A DNA stretch of 62,702 nt, the filler included, from Choristocarpus tenellus KU-1152 (lineage: Eukaryota; Protista; Phaeophyceae), in assembly GCA_964200185.2 (NCBI GenBank). It is 9 parts of 9 records of this genome, joined end to end, with 100 filler letters (N's around TTAATTAATTAA, not from the genome) between each part and the next. Parts side by side here need not be neighbours in the genome. Positions count along the whole stretch, not along the records: positions 8,901 to 23,048 come from CAXNAD020001269.1; positions 23,149 to 25,841 come from CAXNAD020025602.1; positions 25,942 to 32,861 come from CAXNAD020007059.1; 6 more parts are not named here. One strand, given 5' to 3'. Of this stretch, positions 13,510 through 26,352 are shown in pieces. Positions within the stretch are counted from its first letter, which is position 1. The number at the start of each line of letters is the position of its first letter. The translations under genes were made by a program, and so were the position numbers. Under the pieces are notes generated by a model that was given only the letters and a program-made list of their open reading frames with translations, searched no databases and was not told the DNA's origin.

Positions 13510-15760
13510 ATGAAGTTAGGGAAACTCTTGGGGGGTGGGTTACTTCTGTCGTTGTGGCAAAGCAGCTGTTGTAAAGACTCAAGAAGGTCTGACTTTTTTT
13601 TGCAAAGTAGTCAGCGTTTGCACGTAAGTTTACTTATTCATACTCATTCCATATTTTATTGATACCGGTTACCTGTAAAATGAAATTTAATTAGAAATCT
13701 CAGTACTGTACCTTGTCAAGAAAATATCTTCAGAATCGGTGGGTTATCGAATTGATGTTGATGGACACCCCACAACTTTTCATGTGGTGGAAGGAATCGA
13801 TTTGATCACCCCAAGATAGAGGATGGTGGATGTTAATAGTAGGTATTGCCTGGAATACGTTTGTGGTTGTCTGTGTCGGTGGACTGTTACGATTCATGCT
13901 GTGGACAACGAGTGGTAGACTTGAGAAATCTTGGAGAGAGTGCCGTGTCTCTTATTGACTCTCTGTCATGAGGAGTCAGTGGAGGAGAGTGGGTTTAGGT
14001 TTTTGTTTGTGGACGTTTCTTTTGTGTGTAGTGAGCGAACGCACCAAATGGAACACATCGTTTAATCTGGATTTGGGTGGTTGTCCAGGCTCGAAGGAAG
14101 GAGGAAATAAATATTTTGATGTTCAGGTGTGATGAGAGAGGGTGTCCCTCTGCTGACATCAAGTGGATTCGTAGGCCATCTAACGAGCTAACCTGTTCGT
14201 TCCCGATCTACCTCTTCAGGTGTTTTACTCCAACCCAACATCGTCTTCGCCCTTCTTCGTCAGGAGGCGGGTATGCTCTTTTACTGGTGGGAGGATAGCT
14301 TCTCTTACTCATGGAAGTAACAAGGTAAGATGCTTTATGTAGTCTTGGGTAGTTCACAGCAGTGGCAAATATTCACAGGTCATATTGATGCCAACAAATG
14401 GTCCCCAGACTTCACCGCTCCCCTATGTCTTCTGCTAATGCCCATCCTCCAGGATTTGTCCGTACGGAAAGATCCTGTTGCATGGGATGCAACAAATACC
14501 CCAGGTGCCACACGGGTCCGCGTCATCTTCCTTGGTCAGGTTGACTGGGACAATCTCCACAAAATGAATACAACCCTTGAGGCTGTGTGCGGTGATCCAA
14601 CGACCCGCACTGTAATAATTGTGGCAGGTGATGAGCAATGCGTTCACGTTCAACCAAGAAAGCTCTTGCCAAAAGCCTGTGGCCAGCACATCTTCCGTGA
14701 GTACTACCTACCTGAGGGGGAAGGTCAGAGTGAAAGAGAGGCATGGGAGTTCCAACTAGGGTACCTCCCGCTTGGACCCCGCGCCTCTTTTCCCCATATA
14801 CCACCCACATGGGCAGTAAGGCCCCCATCTAAACGTCCAAGGCTGTTCAACCTTGTAGTTGCGGTCGCTACCTCTGATGCTCGTGCAACTTTACTTCATG
14901 ACCTACAAACAGAGGAAAATAAACCACACAGTGGATTCATCCTCGGAGTCACGAAGGAGAACAAAATAAAACCAACAAAGTGGGCCAGGGTTGTACTTGA
15001 TTCCGCCTTCACAATTTGCCCTGGAGGGCACAACCCTGAGACTTTCCGCCTGTTTGAGGCCCTGGAGGCAGGATCTATTCCCATTGTGTGCCGCAAAGAT
15101 TTTGAAATGGTGAGTGGTTGTGATTAGAATGCTCCAGCTCAGAGTAGTATTGCTTCAAAACTGATTCCCCCTTTTGTAGAAATCAGACTGGGGATTGAAA
15201 ATGATCTGGAATGAAGATCTGAGACAGTTTTCTCGTTGCCATGCCTGTCTGGAGGAGTCCTAATATAGGTCAGTGTATTTCTTAGAACACTGAAGCGAAA
15301 ATCGCAGTATTAAGATGCAGCTGATAGTCCCTTGAGAGTGTCATCATGAATCCTTCAGTGTACCCTCAAATACTTGCAGACTATGCTCTCACATCCCCAA
15401 GTCTTTTGCCCTCTTGGGCTAACCTAACCTCCTCATCAATATGTACAGGGTCCAGAGGGTGTGTGGGCTGAAGACTACAAGTGCCCTGCAGGTGTTGCCT
15501 GGAAGCAAATTTCTGAGGCACCATTTGCACGCAAGGCAAGTGTGGGTACATGGGATGATCTTCCTGCTCTACTGGAGAACCTAAGAGGCCGCAGCGTGGA
15601 GGATCTAGCTCACCTGCAGGTGGAAAGCATTGCATGGTACCGAAGTCTCATGAGTAGAGCATACCAAGGCATCCTTGAAGGGGGGGGTGGCACTACATTG
15701 GGTGAGGGTCTATGGCAAGGTGACTGGGGAGATACGTTAGCATTGAATAAGACTACGTAG
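13510..15760 (+). CDS. GT47/exostosin-family glycosyltransferase (RXYLT1/TMEM5-like C-terminal domain)
   Basis: Main exon about 14453-15109 has SAFTICPGGHNPETFRLFEALEAGSIPIV and splices in phase (atg|gtgagt ... tacag|ggt) to 15449-15760 (WDDLPALLENL...WY). Small upstream exons at about 14089-14126 and 14220-14323 are phase-consistent. The putative first exon at 13510 (MKLGKLLGGGLLLSLWQSSCC, signal-peptide-like) is less certain. Confidence 0.8.
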
Positions 15761-16536
15761 ATAAAATGTGTACTATTCACTATGCCTCTATTTTATACTT
15801 GTGTTGACTCATGTATCTGATATCCACAATCCATCCCCTTGTTTACGTATTCTTGTCCTTATTCAAGATTTGCTGAACTTGTTAGTTTACAGTGTTTGAA
15901 CTAGAAATTATGAGGAATTGACCAGATGGTTGTGAGAGGACTGCAAAGCTTGAATTTATTGAATTGTTTCAAGGATAGACCAGTCTTATTTACACGACCC
16001 CAAGCGATGGATGGTGTACATTTTTTTGTCTCCTCACACAAAGTTCAAACTTGGAAGTATAGTGTAATTATTTGGGGGGAGTCATTCTCCAGAGTACACT
16101 ATTAGTGCCGAGATTGAACTCATGATACAAAATAGAGTGTTGTGTGCCATTAGAACAGACGTGTCATATGCACACTCTCATGTGCTACTCTCCTTCTTGG
16201 GTCACGACCAGAGGTGTGTACTGCTGTCAAGTAAGATGTGATTTGTAAGCGAACAGAGTACATTATTGCCAGTGTAAACAAAGTTTGATTGCCCCAGTAG
16301 TGTCACTCCAAACTAGAGCAGAGCCATCATGGACGGTCATCTGTTTGCCTACATTTTACACCTGAGGCTCATAAATAGTTTCTTGCTGAGTATTGCTCTT
16401 CACGCAAAGCTATGATACATAAAACATATGTGTAATGGAAGGTTGTTCCCAGCTTATCCAGCTACTGGACAGCTTTTATAATTTGCTATGCAATTAATGC
16501 TGCCAAGGTTATTTCATGTATGAAGTCTCCTCGGAA

Positions 16537-19065
16537 TCAATGTTCTGGTATCACAGCTCTGTCCGGGAGAGGTCCACCAATTTCCTCAATTAGAGCCAGC
16601 CTCCACCTCTTAGAAGAATCTCCGAAGTACACCTCAAAAACACCTTTAGAACAGATAAAGTCATAGATACAAATACAATTTTCACACAGGGGGGGATGCT
16701 TCAGCTCTTTCTTTCAGCACACACTATGTATGGGACATTGGATACGATCAAAGGTATGCGACTATACCTGGTATGCAAGCGTTGTCCTTTGCAACAGGCT
16801 CGTTGGACAAAACCTTCTTAGCCTGGATTTTGTATGCACAATGCTTACCCACAATTGAGCTTATAGCAAGGTTGTTTCACAGGGATTAGCTACATGCAAG
16901 TCCGCAACTACAAAGTGTGCTGGCATTCCATGTAAGTAAATTTGGCAAGACAGAACCAACATACCAATGGTGATGTTATCAAACGTTTTCCCAGTCTCCC
17001 CTCTCGCTGATGACAAGATGTTTCCATTTCCATCAACGTCGACAATCTCCCTTTCAGTGCATATCTTGCAAGTTACCTATACAGATTGGAACAACCAGAA
17101 ACAATGCACAGCAGGCCAAACGCTTCAGTTTGACACAACTCAACTCTATTCGACAGTGATGCTGAAGTCACAAGCTTTTAATCAAGGCTATAGTGGGTTG
17201 AGCAGCAAGAACAGGATCGTCATAAATATAGATGTGACTATTGGAACCTGCAAGTAGAAATTTGTACTAGCATTGATCCCAATAGTCTCAAATCAAGTAC
17301 TCCAGAGTACAAAGTAAAGCTGTTCCAACCGAAACCTAAGCAGAAAAGGGGTTAATTCCTCGATTCTGTTCATCAGCCCATACTTGGTACGAAGTAGAGC
17401 ATATACAGTCCTATTGTAAACGAGCAAGGGAAAAAGGGATAACCCCTGTTCCTCAAAGAGTTATACATCAACAAAACTCAGGATGAGGCAATCATTCAGA
17501 ATACAGGATGAAGTCTGTACTCTGTTCATACATTCATCTACCTCAAATTTGCTGATCTTACAATCAAGGGAAAAGGTGCAAACAGAGGTGTACCTCAATC
17601 AAACTCAAGTCAGATGCTATCTAGTATGCCAAGGGTGATTGCGGCATGTACTCGTCAAGGAGTGAAGCTTTAATACTGAGGGTGGCAACTCCATAAGAAG
17701 CAATTAGGACACAAGAAAAAAGACATCTCTGATAAGTGAGGGAACATTGAAATGTATGCACCCAGAAAAAGGCATGAGCAGAATTGCCGTACCTGTCCCC
17801 AACCCTCTTTCATCCGTAACTTATTCCGGACGTAATGCCGCATCTGTAGTACCAGTGTGTGATCAGTGTGACCAAGGAGTTGGTACGCTGTTCGCCCCTT
17901 GCCTTTATTCTTTGAACTCTTTATCTCTGCCTAGCCATGGATCAAAAGCGAAGATTGAATGTAGGGACGGGCAGTCATGGTTCCAAACCAAGGTGTGTGG
18001 AAACATGTAGTTTGACAATAAGAACAGGTTCGTTGAGAATCAGACTAAAAATCAATATGGAGTGGGAGGTGGAGCCTAGGGACTATAACACACTCCAGGA
18101 TTGAAACTGTGTTGAAGTTGGTGTGGGATAGTGTTTAGGGTCAAGATGCAAAGTGGAATCTGCTGATACTCAAGACACTATGGCTAAGGTGACTGGGTAT
18201 CATGTACAGGTCAATATCGATTACGTTTTTCGATACACCCACGATAACATCTGTGTAACGTAGGATGGATGCGAGTTAGGGCATATGCACGGACAGTGAC
18301 ACCGGGCCGTGTGACATCTGACCTTTATACTAGCGAACATGTCCTCTGTAGCCACACCAGCAAGCGTTGAAAGGTCGCCCTCCCGATGAGCCTTGAGGAA
18401 ATCAGAAAATACCTTATTGGCCACAGGCGGGAATTTCTTGGCATGGAACTCCGGGACACGGCTCTGACAGGTTTTGAGAGTGAGGAAGAACGGAGGTGAT
18501 AGGAAAGAGGAAGGCAAGGAAGAACAAATAGTCACAGTCGCCTCTTTGTCAGGTCAAATGATTGTGGTATCACTAAAGTCTGAGACTTCAGCAATTGCAG
18601 GGTTGGTGGTGTGGGCTCCACTCTTATGCATTACTGTCTGTAGTGGATGGTTTTCCAAGGATGAAAGTAAGCAAGGAAAAAGAGCCTCTTGAGCTTGGAG
18701 CAAAACATTCTATGCACACCTGAATGATCCCAGCCGATACACCAGAAACCAGGTGACCCCGCATGACTTTCAACCGGGTCTGCATTCCGCTTATGCTCAA
18801 GAAGGGCGGAAGAGGTTTTCCACCCGGACCACGGTAGACATATGGGTCGATTATTGCCCCCAAACCGCGCAGCTCATCTCGCAGTGGCCTATAAAGGTTG
18901 GGGGATTGGATTGCCAAGAAAGGTCATCAAAAAGCGATTGTTAGCTCCACAAGATCGGAGAATTTCCAAGGGGCGGATGGAATGAATACCAACATACCTC
19001 CCATAGCTTATTCCACGCCATCCAACTTTCAATCCAAGGCGCTTTGCACTAAGGCTAGACAACAT
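16537..19065 (-). CDS. Mitochondrial Tim44-like domain protein (mL45/MRPL45/Mba1-like), ~6 exons
   Basis: Basic, Ser-rich N-terminus MLSSLSAKRLGLKVGWRG. Exons encode FHAKKFPPVANKVFSDFLKAHREGDLSTLAGVATEDMF, GWGQ|VTCKICTEREIVDVDGNGNI and GVFEVYFGDSSKRWRLALIEE, the Tim44-domain pattern. The downstream junctions checked are phase-consistent. Confidence 0.78.
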
Positions 19066-20099
19066 AGATGCCCACAACTACACAACAAAGAGTAGTAACA
19101 AACAACTGAACATCCAGCCCAACCAACCAACTGTATGCCTTACACTTAAACTTTACACGTTCCCCCTCGGTAGAAATAAATATAATGATTGGTTATTATA
19201 TTAATGAAAAAACAATTTTGATCAGAATTCCAACAATTTTAGAAATTTCAAGACAATAGATACACAATATGTTCACTGAACAGTAACAGGTGTATCTATG
19301 ACATACCAGAAAATAAGTTGGATAATGAACCCTCCCCTGCTAAAACCTTTCTATTTTCGCGTTCTCGCCTTATCATACATAATACTTCGACAAGCACAAC
19401 ACCCCCCCTCTATTCTCCACCTCGCCGTCCCCTTTTGCTCAATTTTTTACCCGTTTGCGCCTATTTCAAGCACTCAGATTGGACGAAAAATACTAGAATC
19501 CTCCCGTCCCACCGAACACCACACGCTACACACGTTCAAAGCCCTGATCCTCATCCCAATTGGTATGGATCTTCCTTGGCGGTGTTCTCATTTTCGAGGT
19601 TCATTGTGGCATTAAAGAATGGTTTCTAGCAACAGGGAATAATGGTGCTGGTGGAGAGGTTCCGATGTTGTTGTCTGGAGACGAGGATTAGAGGTTGCAA
19701 TATGTGTTACGTGGTGGGATGGAAGATAGAAGGACTCTATATTCATCCCATCAGAGTACTTACAAGAGGCGAAAAAGGGCACAAATTTGACCAAATTATG
19801 TACGAAAACGGGTATGCCAGGTGGAGAGCAGACAAGGTGGAGAGGAGACAAGGGGTGTTGTACCTCTCAAAAATGGTGGCAAGAACGGTTTTAGGACAAT
19901 TTCACCCAGAATCTTGTGGAGGAGGGTCCCATTCATTATCCAAGGTGCTTTCTGCTACACCCGTTTTGGGTCAAAATGATACAGGCACTCACTCGTTCTT
20001 GTCCACTGCCCTATATGATCGTTTCTCTCTACTGCCATTATTTCTACTATTACTACTATTATCACTTTAGGCCCCAGACCCATGGTCGAAAACATGAGC

Positions 20100-21025
20100 A
20101 TAAAATAAAAAAATAATTTACTGGGTTGTCAAGTATAGCAGTTAGGGAGTTCACCCCTCTGACCTAACCATCTACAAGCAGTGGTGAAGCAACTGCCATT
20201 GCCAAGATCAGGTGAAGGAACCAGAAAGCTTGGAGTTGTTTCCACAAATATGTACAGCCAAGTCCTTTTATGACAGGACCTCAGGTGAATCACTTCAAGC
20301 TTAACATGATAACCTCCCTTCCCATCACCACCAATTCCTACTATGTTGCATCGGATTTCGCAAACAGGAATGCATCACCTACACAGATGCCCTTCAAGGT
20401 TGTAAAGACTAGATTTGAGAGTATTGAGGTGATCACTGCACGAAAATCGAGATTCCTATTTGCGGGCTCAGTTGAACACATCATGGAAGGTGCACGACTT
20501 TCCAAGGTATTGATGTCTGGGGAGCTTAAGAATGGAAAACAGAAGCAAGGTGAACAGGAGAGCCAAAGTAATTGAGAGGTATCCAGTTTTGGGAGATTTT
20601 GCATTATAAGCCAGTTTTTTAATCTTTTGAAATTCACCGATATTTCTACGGATGAAGTGAAAAGTTCAACTTGAGAGGGTTGATTTCTCCATTGTTTGAA
20701 GCTTTTCGACACGAATTGGAAAATATCCTACACGCATTTTTTAAAAGTCGAACTTTGGACATATTTGCTGGCATCCCTAAATTTCAACTCTGGGTAGATC
20801 TCATTAACTTTCATTCAGGAGAGGAAAAAATAGGTGTACGGGCAAAACAATCAGAAGAAGTATTGGGATTACAGTTGAGGGATGGAGGACAAGGGCAACC
20901 AAACAGCAGGGGTTGTATAAGTGTGTGATTGGCGAAACAAAGATCTTCGTGACAGAGTGGTATTCCAAAGAAGCTGTGATGATTGATGTACACCATGCTG
21001 AAGTAGCAGTCAAAGCAGCCCAAGC
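20100..21025 (+). mobile_element. RTE-like LINE 3' relic, interrupted by an insertion at about 20576-20850
   Basis: IEVITARKSRFLFAGSVEHIMEGARLSKVLMSGELKNGKQKQGEQE, then GITVEGWRTRAT...FVTEWYSKE, resembling the RTE ORF C-terminus (RRL.FAG.V.RM...RLPK.VMFGEL). Confidence 0.65.
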
Positions 21026-21028
21026 AAC

Positions 21029-21207
21029 GACCCAAAGTATCTGGGGGGGGGGAAAGTCTACACCAGGGTGTCCATTTGACCCAAAACAAGAAAATGTGCA
21101 CTTACATTATCCATCCGATGTATGCAACCAGATCACCCTAAAATCCCGACATGAAAAAATTGACATTAAATGGACAGTCTCTACCCCCCCCCCAGATACT
21201 TTGAGCC
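21029..21207. mobile_element. MITE family B (~180 bp), TIR G(A/G)C(C/T)CAAAGTATCTGGGGGG
   Basis: Inverted termini gacccaaagtatctggggg / cccccagatactttgagcc. Related copies or ends at about 30-50, 8901-8929, 36352-36470, 36590-36616 and 57505-57687. Confidence 0.75.
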
Positions 21208-21634
21208 AACCAACGCCTCCACCACCACTGTGTGATGAATGCTGCTATCTCTCATTCCATTCCTCTTTTTGAGTTGGGTTTTCTTAAGTCCCTCTCTTTT
21301 TTCCTTCCCTTGTGCTTCCTTTGTGTGACATGTGATGAGTGGATGCTAATGGGCTTCAACGTACCTGGTATAACTCAAGTTTTGCTGGTGCGTTCTAATG
21401 CAATTACATCTGAGTTCTCTTGGAGGCTGACTCTCAAAGATACACTGGGTTCCTTATCCTCTCGTTTTCTTCTCCTTTTTTCATTCTTCTTCAACTTTAA
21501 ATTCTACTTTTTATTCTGTAGTACTCCGTAAAAATATAATATTGCGATATGAAAAAAAATGTTATTATCATAGGTAAAAGGGAAGAAGGTGGTATGACGA
21601 TTAAGTGTAGTACCTAGATATTACATTTCCAGAA

Positions 21635-22220
21635 TTGCAGGCAACCCCCCACCTTCCACATTCATCCACCAGCAAAGGTGTAGCTGCTGCTGCAGCTGAG
21701 GCGCGAAAGCGCGCCCACTACGAGGGTTCTTTTGATCCTCGTAGTTATAAGCTCAACACCTTCATGGTGGAAAGTTTTGGGCTCCTCGGCAAGCAAGCGG
21801 AACGTTTCCTGAATGAGCTGGCTACACACACGGTAGGCGGGAGAGGAACTGGAGGCTATGGCAGGAAAGGGGCGGTCAAATCCCGCCTAAGACCAATCGT
21901 ATCATTAACAACGCAGGTGGCCCTGTCTAGACGGGTCATGCGTTTTAAGCTGGAGTCACCAGGGAGATGGGCAAGGAGGGGTTTGTTGGATTCTTGGGAT
22001 GCTTCCCTAGCTACTCACCCTAGGGTGCAGGAATAGGTAGATTGGAGACACAGGAAGGCAGTGTTACAACACAGATAGTAATGAAATAAAAAATAGGTTA
22101 ATGTTTTGCACATTTGTGACAACTTTTACTTCCTTAGGGATTTTTCTGACATGTGAATAGTTTTTCCTTGGTTTTTCCCGTGACACTTCTTCTACAAAAT
22201 GTCTGAGGACATAATATTAA
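21635..22220 (+). mobile_element. 3' end of an RLE-type (CRE/R2-like) non-LTR retrotransposon
   Basis: AAAAAEARKRAHYEGSFDPRSYKLNTFMVESFGLLGKQAERFLNELA matches the restriction-like endonuclease C-terminus (K..Y...E.FG..G..A..FL..LA). A second copy lies at about 34370-34830. Confidence 0.72.
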
Positions 22221-23148
22221 ACTAGTACAGATACTCACTGCTTCACTCCTGATTTACCAACTGAGTGGTATAGCTCCCACAAGTGACTTTGAATATAGTT
22301 CGTACAGGGTTCAAGAAAGTGTATTGGAAACGACATTGTTGCAGAAGGTCTTACAGTTTCGTAAAAATAGTTTGTTTTGGTCTTTATCTTTATCCCTCCC
22401 TGACACATCTTCAAAATGTCAATGAGTAAAATTAATTAAATTAAATTATCTAATTGCTTTGTAAATAATATCTTTGCGAAAGGGAACCAAACAAAAATGG
22501 AGGGGTGGTATTCTAGAGGTGAAAAAGTACTTCTTTCTCGCGTATTTTGAACGCGAGATTGTAGGAACCCCCAACAAATTCAAAATATCGTTTATGGCAT
22601 GATGGAATATTTTTCCAGAGAATATCATTATTCTCTTTCCTATGGGAAAGTTTCTGAAGTAATCTGAGTTTTGTGGACGGAAGGATTCTGGTGGTAATGT
22701 GGTACAGGGGAGGGAAAGGTGAGAACAACCGATCATCAAAATTGAGGATGGAGCTTTTTATTGAGGATGAGCGAGACGCGGATTGGTGTGCGGAAAGTGC
22801 ACATATCTTTTTTTTTTATGTTGCGGCACTTTTGGAAGGCCCTGCTACGAATGGGAATCCATCCCGACGAAGGTGGTAGTAGGACAGTGTGTGGGGGGTG
22901 GCAACAATTTCGTTTGATTGTCGTGTACATGTATGCCCTGCGTTGGCTTGCTTTCTTGAATAATTAGTGCGGTCGGTGGAGTCATTTGACTGTTGATGGT
23001 GGCGGTGGTAGAAAATAATAGTACTTCGAAGTAGTTTTTTTCAGGGCGNNNNNNNNNNNNNNNNNNNNNNNNNNNNNNNNNNNNNNNNNNNNTTAATTAA
23101 TTAANNNNNNNNNNNNNNNNNNNNNNNNNNNNNNNNNNNNNNNNNNNN

Positions 23149-23195
23149 CTACCGAGCAGAGAGTCAGTTTTTTACACTGACTCTCTGCTCGGTAG
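23149..23195. repeat. Perfect 20-bp inverted repeat with 7-nt loop
   Basis: ctaccgagcagagagtcagt (23149-23168), loop tttttac, actgactctctgctcggtag (23176-23195). Lies at a contig edge. Confidence 0.9.
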
Positions 23196-23599
23196 CTCAG
23201 GGGTTTACTAGTGTTTCAACACTGACCAGGAATTTGCCAGTTCGAGGTTTTAGACAGCACGTAAACTTTTTGATGAACAGGTAAGATAACAAGTAGGTTG
23301 TTTGGGGGTTTTTGTCAATGAGATTGTTTGAGAGTTAATACTGATTTTCACAAGGGGAGGATGTCGAATAACCTAGTGTTATCCTTAAGTTGTCTGTGCT
23401 GATACAAGTATGTAACATAGGTTATATTGTACGTTTATGTTTAGTTCGGAACAATACAAAGTAGGAGGGTGGATAAAAATATAATCAGTCAACATTCATT
23501 CACACATGGATGGATGGTGGGCAATTAATGGTTCAGTATATGTTTTACCATGTAACTCAACTACTAGCTTTCAGTGACGATCCTTACATGCACCAAGCT

Positions 23600-24640
23600 T
23601 ATCAACACATCACAGAGCTGCGATAATGGGGAGGGCCTGGGTTTAGCCTCTGGTCGCAATGGACGACCAAGAACCGTTCCACAAGAGGATATTGATGCGA
23701 TTAAAGCAGTCCATCTGTTGGAACGGGCCGGTCAGAGGAGATGGGCTGCGGAGGCCAAAGTCACCCCAGGGAAGATAAGGAGACGGGGGTCAGATCATTT
23801 TGAAGAGTCATCAAGCCCTTCCTCTTCGATCAACACAAGGTGGATGGGTGGCCTTTGTCATGAGCAGCATCCTGAAAAAGGGTATGGAGCACGTGTTTGA
23901 GTCCATGTTTGACCGTGTCCACCTTGATGAAAATGGTTTGACCTGGTTTCCAAACAGCAAAGGGTTTACATCAAGCCTAGGGATGCATCACCTAAGTGTC
24001 CTTGCGCCACAAGGACGTCACACATTCCAAAAGTGATGTCTCTGTCTACGAATGTACGCCCCTGTGTTTTGGAGGATGGAACTTGGTGGGATGGGAAGAT
24101 CGGCATTTGACCACTGATAGCACGAGTTGCAGCAAGACGATCATCCTGTAATCGCACCCGAGGTACCATCGAGACAAAGACTGTCAACATGACTGATGAG
24201 CTATACGAGAAAATGCTCACAGAGAAGGTGCTGCCAGTTTTAGTGTCTCACCCATACCTGTTAAAGCAGGACATTGTTTTCCTTAAGGATGACAATCCAA
24301 GGCCGCATACAGCATCTGCCGATCTAAGCAGTGGGTGATTGGACCACTGCTAGAGGCTTCTCAATATGTGTGCTCAACCAACCTGCCCACCACTGGATTT
24401 GAACACTCTGAACCTCGGATTCTTCCACTCTCTGCAGACCAGGACAGGGTGCCTTCACTCGGACAACATTGAGGAACTTGTCCAAAATGTGGCGAAGAGA
24501 TGCGAAGAGTATGATACTGAGACCCATAACAAGGTCTGGCAGAGTCTCTTCGCACAGTACAAGGCTGTGTTGAATCACTTCGGCGATAACAACATAAAGG
24601 GAGTGCGCAAGACGCGGAGGATAGGCAGATAGTAGAGCAT
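23600..24640 (+). mobile_element. Degenerate mariner (Tc1/mariner superfamily) transposase with plant/oomycete-type motifs
   Basis: FESMFDRVHLDE, HIPKVM, WDGKIGI, NRTRGTIETK, EKVLPVL, DDNPRPH, QPTCPPLDLNTLNLGFFHSLQ...NIEELVQNV. Contains internal stops and frameshifts. Confidence 0.88.
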
Positions 24641-25299
24641 GTAGATGCGTCTTTGGTAGCCAAGGGAATGGTGTTCCTGCAGGCTGAGGTGAGGACCATA
24701 GAGCTTGGGATGTACAGATTCGTTTTCCACCAAATTATAAACAGAGCTTAATGACAATGTATACATACACAAAATATCCTATCTTCCCAGACCTTCATTG
24801 TCCCAGGTTGTTGCATACCACCCTTCCAAACTCATAGGTGTTTAATCAAGCCAAACAGAGGGAGTATAACATAACTTTTGCAAGCTCCATTCTTGCCCGG
24901 GAATGACCCACACGGTAAACCCTCTGGACGAGGTTTAGTTTGAGTTGGTGGGCTCTCATGACTTTGAAGGTTCACCAGTGCAAAGTCGACCAAGACATAT
25001 TCGACGAAGTTCAAAAATCTCGTGAAACTGTCAAAGCAGGTGTTTATTGGGATGCCTAGGATGAAGGCTCCCTTTTGTTCGAACCCCGCGTCGTTTGAGT
25101 AGCTAGATCATCTCGTCATCATCCGTGAGTCCCAATTCTTCGGTTCGGAAGGTCTGCCCAGAGTCCAGACTCGAAAACCCCAACAAAGAACAACATGATG
25201 GCACGATGCCTTGGAGCGAGAGGATGTGAGACTTGGATGCCTCAGGCATTGACAGCATCCATCGCAGAGGACTTGGAAATTTCCCAAATCATCATGTTC

Positions 25300-25841
25300 T
25301 GTCATCTGAAAGAGTATGACAGTCAAATCGCATGAGGTGTAGGTATGGACCTTGTGCAACGCCACAAGGGGCAATGCGGCCACTGTACAAGTATCCTTGA
25401 CATTGGGGATTTTTCATCAGTATATCGCACATCCTTCGACAAATGGGCGCCCAAAGTTGGGGTCTCTCTTACCTCATTGTGGGATCTGTGCAAGCGCGAG
25501 AAAGTGAAGGTCAAGCAGTGGATTACGCCAGTCCTCTCAGACCAGCAGAAAATGAACAGGGTGGGATTCACCATCAGCCACACGCACAGGAGGGGGGGAA
25601 GTGGCGCATTATCTGTATGACTGGGTGTATATGGACGAGAGGTAGTTTTACATCCTCAAAAATGGACAAGGTTGTTGAACTATCCCACACTGGACCCGCG
25701 GCTTTTATGGTGCTTTAATGAAGGACAAAGAACAGCTCGATATAGATGAGTAAGGTTAATATTACAAGGGTCTTGTGGTCTCGATTCCGCTGACTGAGAA
25801 GGTGGGTAAGACCAGTGCAGCCTACCATGTGGGATTTGCAA
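25300..25841 (+). mobile_element. Second mariner-like transposase fragment (N-terminal part up to the first catalytic D)
   Basis: SLWDLCKREKVKVKQWITPVLSDQQKMNRVGFTISH followed, after a frameshift, by YDWVYMDER.FY. Truncated by a gap. Confidence 0.6.
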
Positions 25842-25941
25842 NNNNNNNNNNNNNNNNNNNNNNNNNNNNNNNNNNNNNNNNNNNNTTAATTAATTAANNN
25901 NNNNNNNNNNNNNNNNNNNNNNNNNNNNNNNNNNNNNNNNN

Positions 25942-26352
25942 CCACAAAAAGTATCGTAATATTTGAACAAAAATATATCCGGACCCTTCAAAAGTGCCGA
26001 AACATTTCCAAAAAAAGGACCTATCCTGGGCCGTTCCAAGTGCAAAAACAGTTGCAAAAAAAAACTTTCGGTACTTTCTTAAGACCGTTTTCGCAAAACA
26101 ACCATCCTCATAGCCCCGCTCCATCCTCAATTTTGAAAATCCACTGTTGTTTGCAGCATTGCCGTATCTTTGCCTCGGTGGATGAGCTAAAGCCTGAAAA
26201 CTCTTCTCAGGACACAACTTTTCATAACGTACACATTTTACCTACTCCTAAACATTTCGGAGTAGGAAAATACCATAAAACCCTCGAGGGAAGCCAAGTC
26301 CCAAATGGACAAAGATGGCAAAACTCGTTACCTCTAAGATACTTTCACTCTC
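25942..26352. mobile_element. Longer relative of MITE family A (non-autonomous DNA transposon)
   Basis: Ends in ...acctctaagatactttcactc. Its internal sequence (gctccatcctcaattttg, ccttcaaaagtgccg) recurs at 58286-58360 and inverted at about 22735-22845. Confidence 0.7.

Noticed and set aside
19258-20070. ORFs 19298-20070 as a gene or transposase
   Set aside because: No motif I can support; probably decayed repeat.
22255-22320. tRNA or SINE-like A/B boxes (also about 58490-58550)
   Set aside because: Only loose box similarity; no cloverleaf could be drawn.
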